Origin: Scyliorhinus canicula
Taxonomy: Eukaryota
NCBI RefSeq assembly: GCF_902713615.1
Contig: NC_052157.1
Span: 113,291,524 to 113,355,523, forward strand
DNA length: 64,000 nt
Direction: 5' to 3'
Below the pieces are notes generated by a model. The model made no database searches, was not told where the DNA came from, and saw only the letters and a list, made by a program, of their open reading frames with translations. Of this stretch, positions 41,901 to 53,900 are shown in pieces. Each line of letters opens with the position of its first letter. Position 1 is the stretch's first letter. The position numbers were made by a program, and so were the translations under genes.

Positions 41901-44900
41901 TGTTCATTGACGGGAGGTTTGCGAGCTTGGGTGAGCTGGAGGAGAAGTTTGAGCTCCCCCCCCCCGGGGAATATGTTCAGGTACCTTCAGGTCAAGGCGT
42001 TTGCTAGGCGGCAAGTGGAGCGGTTCCCTTTGTTGCCCCCGCGGGGGGTAAGGGATATGGAGCTTTCGGGGGTGTGGGTCGGAGATGGGAAGGTGTCTGA
42101 CATCTACCAGGTGATGCAGGAGGTGGAGAAGGCGTCGGCAGAGGAGCTGAAGGCTAAGTGGGAAGTGGAACTGGGAGAGCAGATTGAGGAGGGGACATGG
42201 GCGAACGCCCTGGAGAGGGTGAACTCCTCCTCTTCATGTGCGAGGCTTAGCCTCATCCAGTTCAAGGTACTGCACAGGGCTCATATGTCCGGGACGAGGA
42301 TGAGCAGGTTTTTTGGGGGTGAGGACAGGTGCATTAGGTGTTCGGGGAGCCCAGCAAACCATGCCCATATGTTTTGGGCATGCCCGGCACTGGGGGAATT
42401 CTGGCAGGGGGTGGTGAGGACAGTGTCGAGGGTGGTAGGGTGCAGGGTCAAGCCAGGCTGGGGACTCGCGATATTTGGGGTTGGGGTGGAGCCGGGAGTG
42501 CAGGAGGCAAAAGAGGCCGGTGTTTTGGCCTTTGCGTCCCTAGTAGCCCAGCGGAGGATCTTGTTGTAATGGAAAGATGGGAGACCCCCAAGCGTGGAGA
42601 CCTGGATCAATGACAGGGGCGGGATTCATTAAGCTGGAGAAGGTCAAATTCGCCCTGAGGGGGTCGGTACAAGGGTTCTTTAGGCGGTGGCAGCCTTTCC
42701 TCGACTTTCTGGCTCAACGATAGGGAACTAGGTCAGCAGCAGCGTCAAACCGGGGGGGGGGGGGGTTCAGCGGGGTATTGTTTATGTTAATTTAATTTAT
42801 TTTAAATGTATTTTATTGTTCATCGGGTTTGGGGGGGGGGGGGTGGGGGGGCTCGTTATATGCGTTGTTACGGATCCAGGGGTGTTTATTATTGTTACAG
42901 TAGTCCCCCGTTATACCGCGCTCCGCAATACCGCGGTTCGCGATATACCGCGGGGGGGCTGATGGACCCCAACTGTCAGTTGTGTCAATTTCAGCGGCCG
43001 GCTCACTTTGATCCGGAGAGGGAAGCTGCTCTCACTGAAACAATCAGCCGGCCGCTAAAATTGACACTGCCCGCTGCTCTCTCCCTCCAATCCAACTTTT
43101 AAGTTTTAATGTTTCTGATTGGAGGGAGAGAGCAGCCGGCAGTGTCAATTTCAGCGGCCAGCTGATTGTTTCAGTGAGAGAGCAGCTTCCCTCTCTGGAT
43201 CAAAGTGAGCCGTCCGCTGAAATTGACACTGCCCGCTGCGCTCTCCCTCCAATCGGAAACATTAAAACTTAAAAGTTGGATTGGAGGGAGAGAGCAGCCG
43301 GCAGTGTCAATTTCAGCGGCCGGCTCACTTTGATCCAGAGAGGGAAGCTGCTCTCACTGAAACAATCAGCTGGCCGCTGAAATTGACACTGCCGAGGGGG
43401 GGGCGGGTGTTGGGGAGGGGAGAAGAGGGGGGGCGGGTGTTTTGGGGGGGGGGGGGAGAAGAGGGGGGGGAGAAGGGGGGGGGAGAAGAGGGGGGGGGGG
43501 AGAAGAGGGGGGGGGGGTGTTGGGGGGGAGAAGAGGGGGGAGAAGAGGGGGGGGCGGGTGTTTGGGGGGGGACAAGAGGGGGGGCGGGTGTTGGGGGGGG
43601 AGAAGAGGGGGGGCGGGTGTTGGGGGGGAGAAGAGGGGGGGCGGGTGTTGGGGGGGAGAGGAGGGGGGCGGGTGTTGGGGGGGGAGAGGAGGGGGGAGAG
43701 GAGGGGGGCGGGAGAGGAGGGGGGAGAGGAGGGGGGCGGGTGTTGGGGGGGAGAGGAGGGGGGGCAGGTGTTGGGGGGGAAGAGGAGGGGGGGCGGGTGT
43801 GGGGGGGGGAGAGGGGGGGGCGGGTGTTGGGGGGGCAAGGAGGGGGGGGCGGGTGTTGGGGGGGGGAGAGGAGGGGGGGTGGGTGTTGGGGGGGGGGAGA
43901 GGAGGGGGGGTGGGTGTTGGGGGGGGGGGGAGAGGAGGGGGGGCGGGTGTTGGGGGGGAGAGGAGGGGGGGGCGGGTGTTGAGGGGGGGAGAGGAGGGGG
44001 GGCGGGTGTTGGGGGGAGAGAGGAGGGGGGGCGGGTGTTGGGGGAGAGGAGGGGGGCGGGTGTTGGGGGGGGGAGGAGGGGGGGCGGGTGTTGGGGGACC
44101 CCCCCTGCGGGTGTGGGGGAGGCCCCCCTGCGGGTGTTGGGGGAGACCCCCCTGCGGGTGTTGGGGGAGAGAGGAGGGCCCTGCGGGTGTTGGGGGACGG
44201 GGGAGGAGAGGGGGGGAGAGAGGGGGCGAGCCGGAGGGTGTGGGGGGAGAGGGGGCGAGCTGGACGCTGTGGGGGAGAGCAGGAGAGTGTGGGGGAGAGG
44301 GGGCAAGCCGGAGGGTGTGGGGGGGCTGGAAAGAGGGGGAGAGCAGGAGGGTGTGGGGGGAGAGGGGGCTAGTTGGAGATTGTGGGGGGAGAGGGGGCTA
44401 GCCGGAGGGTGTGAGGTGGGTGGGGGGGGGGGGGGAGAGGAGGAGACAGAGCCCAGTGGGTGTTGGGGGAGAGGAGGAGACAGAGCCCAGTGGGTGTTGG
44501 GGGAGAGGGGGCGAGCCGGAGGGTGTGGGGGGGGAGAGGGGTCTAGTTGGAGGATGTGGGGGGAGAGGGGGTGAACCGGAGGGTGTGGGGGGAGAGGGGG
44601 TGAGCCGGAGGGTGTGGGGGGAGAGGGGGCGAGCCGGAGGGTGTGGGGGGAGAGGGGTCTAGTTGGAGGATGTGGGGGGAGAGGGGGCAAGCCGGAGGAA
44701 AAAAAAAGAAATTGACACTGCCGGCTGCTCTCTCCCTCCAATCAGAAACATTAAAACTTAAAAGTTGGATTGGAGGGAGAGAGCAGCGGGCAGTGTCAAT
44801 TTCAGCGGCCGGCTGATTTCAGTGAGAGCAGCTTCCTTCTCCGGATCAAAGTGAGCCGGCCGCTGAAATTTTAATTGGATCCACGATGGGGGTTTTTAAT

Positions 44901-47900
44901 TTATTTAAAAATCTATGCTAGCGCTTCCCATTGTGAGTCTACGGGGGTCTGACCTCTCCCCCCGCCCCCCGTAGACTCTCAATGGGAAGCGCTAGCATAG
45001 ATTTTTAAATAAATTTAAAACCCCCATCATGGATATCCGCGGCTCGGTTACAACGCGGGTTGGGGTCTTGGACCCCAACACCCGCGTTATAAAGGGGGAC
45101 TACTGTATTATTATTGTTTTGTTGTTATAATTTTTCAAAAATATCAATAAAAGTTATTTTGTTTTAAAAACAGGAGTATTACGGGATTTGTGTGGGCGCA
45201 TGGGACTCAGAGGGTGAGAAGGGTGTTCTTGGAACGGGCAGGGATAGGTGGGGCTGGCGCTGCCCAACCTCTATGGGTACTATTGGGCTGCTAACACAGC
45301 GATGGTGCGGAAGTGGGTAATGGACGGGGAAGGGGCAGCATGGAAGAGGATGGAGATGGCGTCCTGTGGGGGCACGAGCCTGGAGGCGCTGGTAACGGCG
45401 CCGTTGCCGCTCCCTCTAACGAGGTATACCACGAGCTCGGTGGTGGCGGCTACCCTCAAAATTTGGGGGCAATGGAGACGGCATAGGGGAGAGGTGGGGG
45501 GGGGGGGGGGGGCTCGATGGAGGCCCCGATACGGGGGAACCATCGGTTTGTTCCAGGGAGCATTGATGGCGGATTTCTGGGCTGGCACAGGGTAGGTGTT
45601 AGGAGGTTGAGGGACCTGTTTGTGGATGGGAGGTTCGCGAGCTTGGGGGAGTTCGAGGGGAAGTTTGGGCTCCCCCCGGGGAACACGTTTAGGTACATGC
45701 AGGTTAGGGCGTTTGCCAGGAGGCAGGTGGAGGGTTCCCCTTGCTGCCCCCACGTGGGGTACGGGACAGGGTTGGAGGAGGGAAGATTTGGGTTGGAGGA
45801 GGGAGGATTTCGGACATATACCGAGTAATGCAGGAGGTAGACGAGGCCTCGGTGGAGGAGCTGAAGGGTAAATGGCAAGAGGAGCTGGGTGAGGAGATTG
45901 AGGAGGGGACGTGGGCGGATGCCCTAGAAAGGGTGAATTCCTCCTCTTCCTGTGCGAGGCTTAGCCTCATACAGTTCAAGGTGCTGCATAGGGCCCACAT
46001 GACTGGGACGAGGATGAGTAGGTTCTTCCGGGGCGAAGACAGGTGTGCCAGGTGCTCGGGGAGCCCAGCGAACCACGCCCATATGGTTTGGGCGTGCCCA
46101 GCGCTGTGGGAGTTTTGGAAGGGGGTAGCAAGGACGGTGTCGAGGGTGGTGGGATCCAGGGTCAAGCCAGGCTGGGGACTCGCAATCTTTGGGGTTGCAG
46201 TGGAGCCGGGAGTGCAGGAGGCGAAAGAGGCCGGTGTCCTGGCCTTTGCGTCCCTAGTAGCCCAGCGGAGGATTCTTCTTCAGTGGAAGGATGCGAGGCC
46301 CCCAAGCGTGGAGGCCTGGATCAATGATATGGCGGGGTTTATCAAATTGGAGAAGGTGAAATTTGCCCTGAGGGGATCAGTACAGGGGTTCTTTAGGTGA
46401 TGGCAGCCTTTCCTGGACTTCCTGGGGGAACGGTAGGGAAATAGGCCGGCAGCAGCAGCAACCCCGGGGGGGGGGGGGGGGGGGGGTGATTGGGATTTGG
46501 GGGGGGGGGGGGAGGAAAAGAGTGTGTACATGGGTTTGTGGGATGTGGCGGGGTGGTATCTCTTTCCTTTCTGGTGTTTGCTTTTTTTGTTTGTTTTCGA
46601 TTTAGTTGCTGCTTTTGTAGGGGGGTGGAGGTTGTTCTTGGGTTTTTACGGTGGTTATTCTGTTAATATTGTTTTGTTGTTTATATTTTGTGAAAATCTT
46701 AATAAAAATTTAAAAAAAACAAAAGAGGACGACAATCTTCACCCCATATTTTTCCTTACCTTCCTTTTCCTGCAATGCTTTTTTAATTCTATCAAGACCT
46801 GCCTTCTTTTCAGACTCCACATCATCTGCTGTGATGGTGTACCCAAGCTCTAGTGGAGGATGCTGCAGGAAAGAGGCAATCAGTTAGCAGCAGTCATGTA
46901 TTCATTCATTTTTGCAGCAAATTGATAGAGGTTACACTGCTGTCCCAGGGCAGACCAGAGCCCAATTTATATTAGGAAACTGGGCGATACCCCAACAATT
47001 TTTCAATTTGTTAAACTGTGAGGAAAGGATACTTCGTTCCAGGAGTGATTTCACTGACAAATGGGCGTCTTTTATATTAAAGCAAACGTTGTTACTAACA
47101 CAGGATTAACCACATTAACATCAGTGACCAGCCAGGGCCTAGCGTTTAGGCATGATTAAAATTGGCCATTTTAAGTTAAAGAATTGGTCACTTTAAAACA
47201 AACCACTACAGCCTCATGGGAATTCAGGGCTGGCCAAGTTCAAATACACGAGAGGTCAGTCAGGCTGCCAAAACTTGTCCGTACCTGCCCTGTCAATCGG
47301 TCATCAAGAGATAATGAATTGGAGTAATATGCACCGGCCTATTGTTCCAAACCCAGGCTGGGCCAGACTCTCAGGAGCCTAGAGTTGCCACTGTCACCTT
47401 ATTTGGCAAGGTGCACGTTCAAACATGACACGGGGAAATGGGCACCTGGGGCAGGCCCAGGTGACCTGTCAATGGGGCACCAATCGGATCTTGGGACACA
47501 AAGCCCTTTTCGAAACCCCATTGGCAAAAGGCCACAGGAAGCGGCAAAAGGACACAAAACCAGAGGAGCATAAAAACAGGCACTCCAGATCCCTCGGCAG
47601 CAAAGACTCAGTGTGGGAGGTGACCTTGACTAGATCGGAGATGGGGGGGGGGGGGGGGGGGTTGGGTGTGGTAGCACTGCAGCCTCGCGGCGCCGAGGTC
47701 CAAGGTTCGATCCCGGCTCTGGGTCACTGTCCGTGTGGAGTTTGCACATTCTCCCCGTGTCTGCGTGGGTTTCGCCCCCACAACCCAAAAGATGTGCAGG
47801 GTAGGTGGATTGAACATGCTAAATTGCCCCTTAATTGGTAAAAAATGAATTGGGAACTCTAAATTTTTTTTTTTTTTTAAAGTACAAGTAGTGATGGGAG

Positions 47901-50900
47901 CATACTGTTATTTTCCAGGCATCAGAGTGTCAATTCACTGTAAAATAAAAGCAAAATACTGTAGAATCTGGAGATCTGAAATAAAATAATAGGTGCTGGA
48001 AAAACTCAAAAGGTCCAGCACCATTTGTGGAGAGACAAAGAAAATTAACATTTCAATACGATTCTTTTTCGGAACGGTTAACTCTTTTGCTCACTCAGAC
48101 CTGTCGCGTTCTTCCAGCACCTTTTGTTTCATCTCAATTTTGCTCAGTCGGCAGCATGATCACCCAGAGTTAGACGGTTGTGCGGGTTCAAAACCCAATC
48201 TCAAGACTAGGACAAATAATTTAGAATACTCCAGTGTAGTGCCGAGGGAGTGATACACTGTTGGAACTGCCATTTGAAGATCAAATTAAACCAAGGCATG
48301 CTCAGTCTGGTCGGCTGAAAGCATAAAAAAGCCTGCAGCACCATTCAAAAAGGAGCAGGGTGTTCTCCCAGTCAACAATTACCCGTCAAACAATGTTATT
48401 AGAAGATGATTTATTACATTTCCCATCTTTAAATCTGTTGCTACATTAGATCACATACAAGAGTCTTCGCTTATATTTAGTGCCGATATACCCATAAGAT
48501 AAGAACGAGTATGCTCCGATGTGAATGCATGTTCTTATTAAATAGCTCTTACATCTTTTATAAGAGATTTAGTTGTGCCATCTACTGGCAGAAAGTCAGA
48601 ACTTCAACTTTCCTGACCGATCATGACCGATGTCATCTCTCCTTCTACCGATATTCTGCTAACTTCCTCTTCCTTGGTAAACACCGATACACAAAGTATT
48701 GATGAAATATTCTTACCTTTCTCCGTGCGTCTCAGCATGATCACCCTTTCTCCTGAACAGCCTTACTTTGACTCCTATTACCCACTTACATGCTGGATGA
48801 TGATTATTGGGTTCCCTTTTATGTTAACAGTCATTCTATTATTATTCCCTTTGCAAGGCTTATTTTACTCTTCACTTCCCATCTCAGCTTACTGTACTTG
48901 GCTTGAATGGCACTTGGGAATTCACCCAATTTTTTCCACCATATTTTTTATTTCCCTGATCACCCACAGATCCCTGGCTTGGGTTCACTACCTTCTGCCC
49001 TAATTGTAAGTGTACCTAGGCTTGTGAATGAAACGTATCTCCTTAAAGATCACCCATTGTTCCGTTACCTTGATTTCCCAGTCAGTCTTCGGTTCCATAT
49101 CAGTGCTAAATCCCCTCTCATCTCAGAGGTTGGCTCCCTTCCAATTTACTTCAAATTGTTCCTTGTTCTTCTCCATTACTAATCAAAACCGTATGATATG
49201 GAGTATACTTTTATTGAAGGGTTTCCCCATTTGGTCAGCCTAATTTCCCAGCACCAGATCAAGCAATGCTTCCTTCCCAGTTAGACCGAGAACATGTTGG
49301 CCAATGAAGTTCTCCTGAACACATTTCAGAGATTCTTCTCTTTAACCTTTACTCTAATATTATCCCAATCGTGAAAGAGAGACATTGATGGATTAAATTA
49401 ATGGACAAAATTGCAACAAATGAATTTCAACATAAGCAAATTTGAAGCCATCCACTTCAGACCTGTCAAGGGCAGAGCATGTTACTTCCGAAATGGTTGA
49501 AATCTAAAAATAGTGAAGGTCCAAAGAGCCCAGCAACATAGACCATTAAAATGTTATAACCAGATATAGAAATGGCTAAAGGAATGCTGCCGACTATATC
49601 CAGACGGCTGGAACACAAAGGGGTAATAGTTATGCTTCAGTTATACAAAGTCCTGGTTTTACAGCACCTGTAGTTTGTGAGTAGTTCTGGGGCATCATTG
49701 GAGGGTGCGCTGCATAGATTTACTAAAATGATTCCTGGACACAAGGATTAAGCAGAGAGAGATTTTGCAACCTATAGTCATATCCCCTAGAATTTAGATG
49801 GTAATGGGATGGGTTCATCTCAGTTTCACTACAAAACATTTGTTACACCATTTCCTAAATCTTCAGCAGTGCAATGGGGTCTCTTCTAAAAGTGAAGAAT
49901 TAAATTTTAAACAGCACTTTCCTTGCCTGAAAGTAATGACATGCTGAGATACAGTTCCAGATGCATTGGAGATTTCACCAAAGTAGTTATTCATGTGAGT
50001 TAACACACTGAATTCCATAAACTATTCACCACAGTTCGCACCAGTCAGCCAAAATCTTGATCTCAATCAATATCCACTCATACAAACCTTCCAATAGGCG
50101 CAATAAATAAACCTTAAGAGCAGAAATGTCAATTAAACAGTTCTTAATCTAGGGGCAATGAGATCATATCATGGCAGCATGTCTCCTCTTAATATATTTT
50201 GGTTGTATAAGGTGACGGGTTATCCCTGGATTATAATCAATTTGTATTACAGCAGTGAAATAGTTTGGAAATCAATGAAGAATAAGCAGTATGATACTCA
50301 CAAGAGTAAGCTGATCTCCTTTGCGTTTTGACAGGAGAGGAATCTTGCGCTTCCGTTTCCCATCAATCTCTGAGGGGCAAGAGTCCACTGTTGAGGATGA
50401 CAATTTTGACAACGGAGAGACAGTTTCTAGAAACAGAAAAACAACTATATACAGCAATCACTTTTGTTTAAAAGCAAAAAAGCCTCTTCTGGAGTAGGAT
50501 TGCAATGTTATAATGGCATCAAAACTGCGGCACCACAGGAAAAACTGCAATTTGTGTATTTTTAAAAATAAATTTAGAGTACCCAATTCATTTTTTCCAA
50601 TTAAGGGGCAATTTAGCATGGCCAATCCACCTAGCCTGCACATCTTTGGCTTGTGGGGGCAAAACCCACGCAAACACGGGAGAATGTGCAAACTCCACAT
50701 GGACAGTGACCCGGGGCAGAGATCGAACACGATCCTCGGCGTTGTGAGGCAGCAGTGCCAACCACTACCCACTTGTGCATTTTTTAGTTCTCTCATGGGA
50801 CGTGGGTACTGCTGGCAATGCCAGCGTTTGTGACCCATTCCTAGTGAGTGGCTTGATGGGCCATTTCAGAGGGAAGTAAAGAGTCAACCGCATTGATATG

Positions 50901-53900
50901 GGTCTGGAAATCACGTAGCGGCCTGATCAGGTAAGAATGTCAGGTTTCCTTCCCTAAAGGACATTAGCGAACCAGATATATTTTTACGACAATCAATGGA
51001 AGTTTCATGGTCATAGTTACGAACTAGTTTTCAATTCTAGATTTTATTAATTGAATTTAAATTCCACCAGCTGCCAAGGTGGGATTTGAACCCGTGTCCC
51101 CAGAGAATTAGTCTGAACCTCTTAATTATGAGTCCAATGACATCATTGCCACCAACTTCCCCGACAACTCTTAATACAACTCAAATCTTCTCATGCCACC
51201 ACCCATTATAAGAGGATAAATTGGGATTGGAAATGACACTTGTGGCATCACATTTTCCAGATGACACCTTATGCTCCTGCTATTTCACGCAAACCTTCTG
51301 GTGTGTATATGGAAATTTAAACACTATTGCATCCATGATTCAAAGGCTTCTATTTTCTTCCTCAAATAGTTACTGAGGCAGACAGAGCCTGAGGATAGAA
51401 TCTTATGATTTTTACTTCCTTATTAGAATGTTGACTTTCTTGTTAACGCATCCTTCATGTGCATAAAATAACCTCTGCTTATTTCTACCGTTGTGATTTT
51501 GCAATCATATCTACCATCTTCTGTTTTGTCTTAAATAGACAAACTCATCAACTTGTTCCAGTGTGACACCGCCCACTTCAATCGTCACTCAGGTTTCTTC
51601 TAACATTAGGAGGGGTCCTAGCCTGGGGGAGGGGGGGGGGATACCGGGTTGCTGCTGGAACGACTAGGAAGGAGCCGATGGGGGCCGGAGGGGGAAGAGG
51701 AGAGGCGCTATCGCCATGGGGAACGGGTCGAGCGGGGTGTGCTGGCCTGGGGCGAACATCTGCCAAGCTATGGCTAGTCGGCGGCGGAGGGGGGAGGGTT
51801 GCCCTCTGATCCGGCTGATTACCTGGAACGTGAGGGGGCTAACGGGCCGGTTAAGAGAACCAGGGTGTTCTCCCATCTAAGGGGGTTGAAGGCGGACGTG
51901 GCTATGCTCCAGGAGACCCACCTGAAGGTGGCGGACCAGGTCCGTCTGAGGAAGGGGTGGGTGGGGCAGGTTTATCATTCCGGATTGGACGCGAAGAACC
52001 GGGGGGTGGCGATTCTAGTGGGGAAGAGGGTGGCGTTTGAGGCGGCTGAGGTGGTGTCGGACAAGGAGGGCAGATATATCATGGTGAGGGGTAGGCTGCA
52101 GGGAGAGAAGGTGGTGCTGGTGAACGTATATGCCCCGAATTGGGATGATGCTGGCTTCATGAGGCGATTGTTGGGCCGCATCCCGGACCTGGAGGCAGGG
52201 GACCTGATCATGGGGGGAGATTTTAACACAGTGCTGGATCCCACACTGGACCGGTCCAGTTCAAGGACGGGTAGGAGACCGGCGGCGACCAAAGTGCTGA
52301 GGGAATACATGGACCAGATGGGAGGGGTGGATCCCTGGAGGTTTGGGAGACAGAGAGCGCGGGAGTATTCCTTTTTCTCTCACGTCCATCGGGTTTATTC
52401 CCGGATAGACTTTTTTGTCCCGAGTAGGGGATTGATCCCGAGGGTGCAGGATGCCGAGTATTCGGCCATAGCGATTTTGGACCATGCCCCGAACTGGGTT
52501 GATCTGGAGATGGGGGAGGCACGGGACCAGCGCCCGCTCTGGCGGGAAATGGGACAACTCATCGCCGCTGACCCATCGCCAGCCCAACTCATCGCCAGCC
52601 CAACTCATCGCCAGCCCAACTCATCGCCAGCCCAACTCATCGCCAGCCCAACTCATCGCCAGCCCAACTCATCGCCAGCCCAACTCATCGCCAGCCCAAC
52701 TCATCGCCAGCCCAACTCATCGCCAGCCCAACTCATCGCCAGCCCAACTCATCGCCAGCCCAACTCATCGCCTGCCCAATAAAAACAGTAGTCAACAGAC
52801 TTCTTAACAGCGCTCTGGAGTGAATGGAATCTATTTAAACAATTTAAACCTATAGAAAACAAAGGACATTTTAACATATTTTTCAGTAAATTGACTCTAT
52901 ATATATTGCATATATATTTATTAACATGATAATCCTCCCACATCTATCCACGCAAACGCATCCACACACACACACCTGCATAGGGTTATCAATCGTGGCA
53001 TCTCAAAGAAACTTATTAGCATGAAACCAGTAGCATATATCAGCTGACTTGTACCAGAGTGCACTTTGCAACTCACAAAGTTGCTCAATGTATATTCGCA
53101 CCTGCCACATATAATTTTGTGCTTTTCGTCTGAATAGCTGAAATTGACAAACACCAGGGTTATGGAACATGCGAGCGACAAATGTGAAATTGATTAGGTT
53201 CAGATTTGGTCAGTTGACTGTTTACTGTATATTTTTCAGTATTTCATAGAATTTACAGTGCAGAAGGAGGCCATTCGGCCCATCGAGTCTGCACCGGCTC
53301 TTGGAAAGAGCACCCTGGCCAAGGTCAACACCTCCACCCTATCCCCATAACCCAATCCAACACTAAGAGCAATTTTGGACACTAAGGGTAATTTAGCATG
53401 ACGAATCCACCTAACCCGCACACCTTTGGACTGTGGGAGGAAACCAGAGCACCCGGAGGAAACCCACGCACACACGGGGAGGATGTGCAGACTCCGCACA
53501 GATAGTGACCCAAGCTGGAATCGAACCTGGGACCCTGGAGCTGTGAAACAACTGTGCTATCCACAATGCTACCGTGCTGCCCCAGTAAATTGACTCTATT
53601 TAAAAAGTGCCCAATATAAAAACGATTGTATTTAACCAGAGACGGACGGAAAACACAATACAAAAAACAGTAACTTACAATTAACAGCGTCTATTTCAAT
53701 AGAGCCCGACAGTAAACAGTCAACTGACCAAAATGTGTTAAAATGTCCTTTGTTTTCTATAGGTTTAAATTGTTTAAATAGATTCCATTCACTCCAGAGC
53801 GCTGTTAAGAAGTCTGTTGGTTTAAATAGATTCCATTCACTCCAGAGCGCTGTTAAGAAGTCTGTTGACTGTACTGTTTTTATTGGGCAGGCGATGAGTT

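Larger units (their letters stand above)
37476..45168 (+). mobile_element. L1-clade LINE copy B nested in ORF2 of copy A (ORF1 37626-38470, ORF2 39090-42723, frameshifted, deletion in the EN domain near 39483)
   Basis: 12-bp TSD AACAGGAGTATT at 37464-37475 and 45169-45180. Same 5' end GACTTCCGGT as copy A. Copy A ORF2 resumes (..[13 protein letters not shown]) after 45168. Confidence 0.95.
33317..46718 (+). mobile_element. L1-clade LINE copy A (full length, disrupted; ORF1 about 33467-34297, ORF2 34898-46436), interrupted by copy B
   Basis: 12-bp TSD ACAAAAGAGGAC at 33305-33316 and 46719-46730. ORF1 has [19 protein letters not shown]2 has the APE motifs WNVRGL, QETHL, NVYAPN, RIDFF and SDH, the RT motifs QGCPLSP and YADD, and a CCHC knuckle. 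AATAAA plus A tail. Confidence 0.95.

Noticed and set aside
43269-44741. 490-aa Pro-rich ORF and overlapping Gly-rich ORFs (extensin/formin-like appearance)
   Set aside because: These are stop-free translations of the G-rich minisatellite inside a TIR-bounded element, open in several frames on both strands.
52581-52772. Regular short direct repeats resembling a CRISPR array or a repeat protein ([16 protein letters not shown])
   Set aside because: The 16-bp units are head-to-tail with no spacers, there are no cas genes and the context is eukaryotic. They are subterminal repeats of a transposon.
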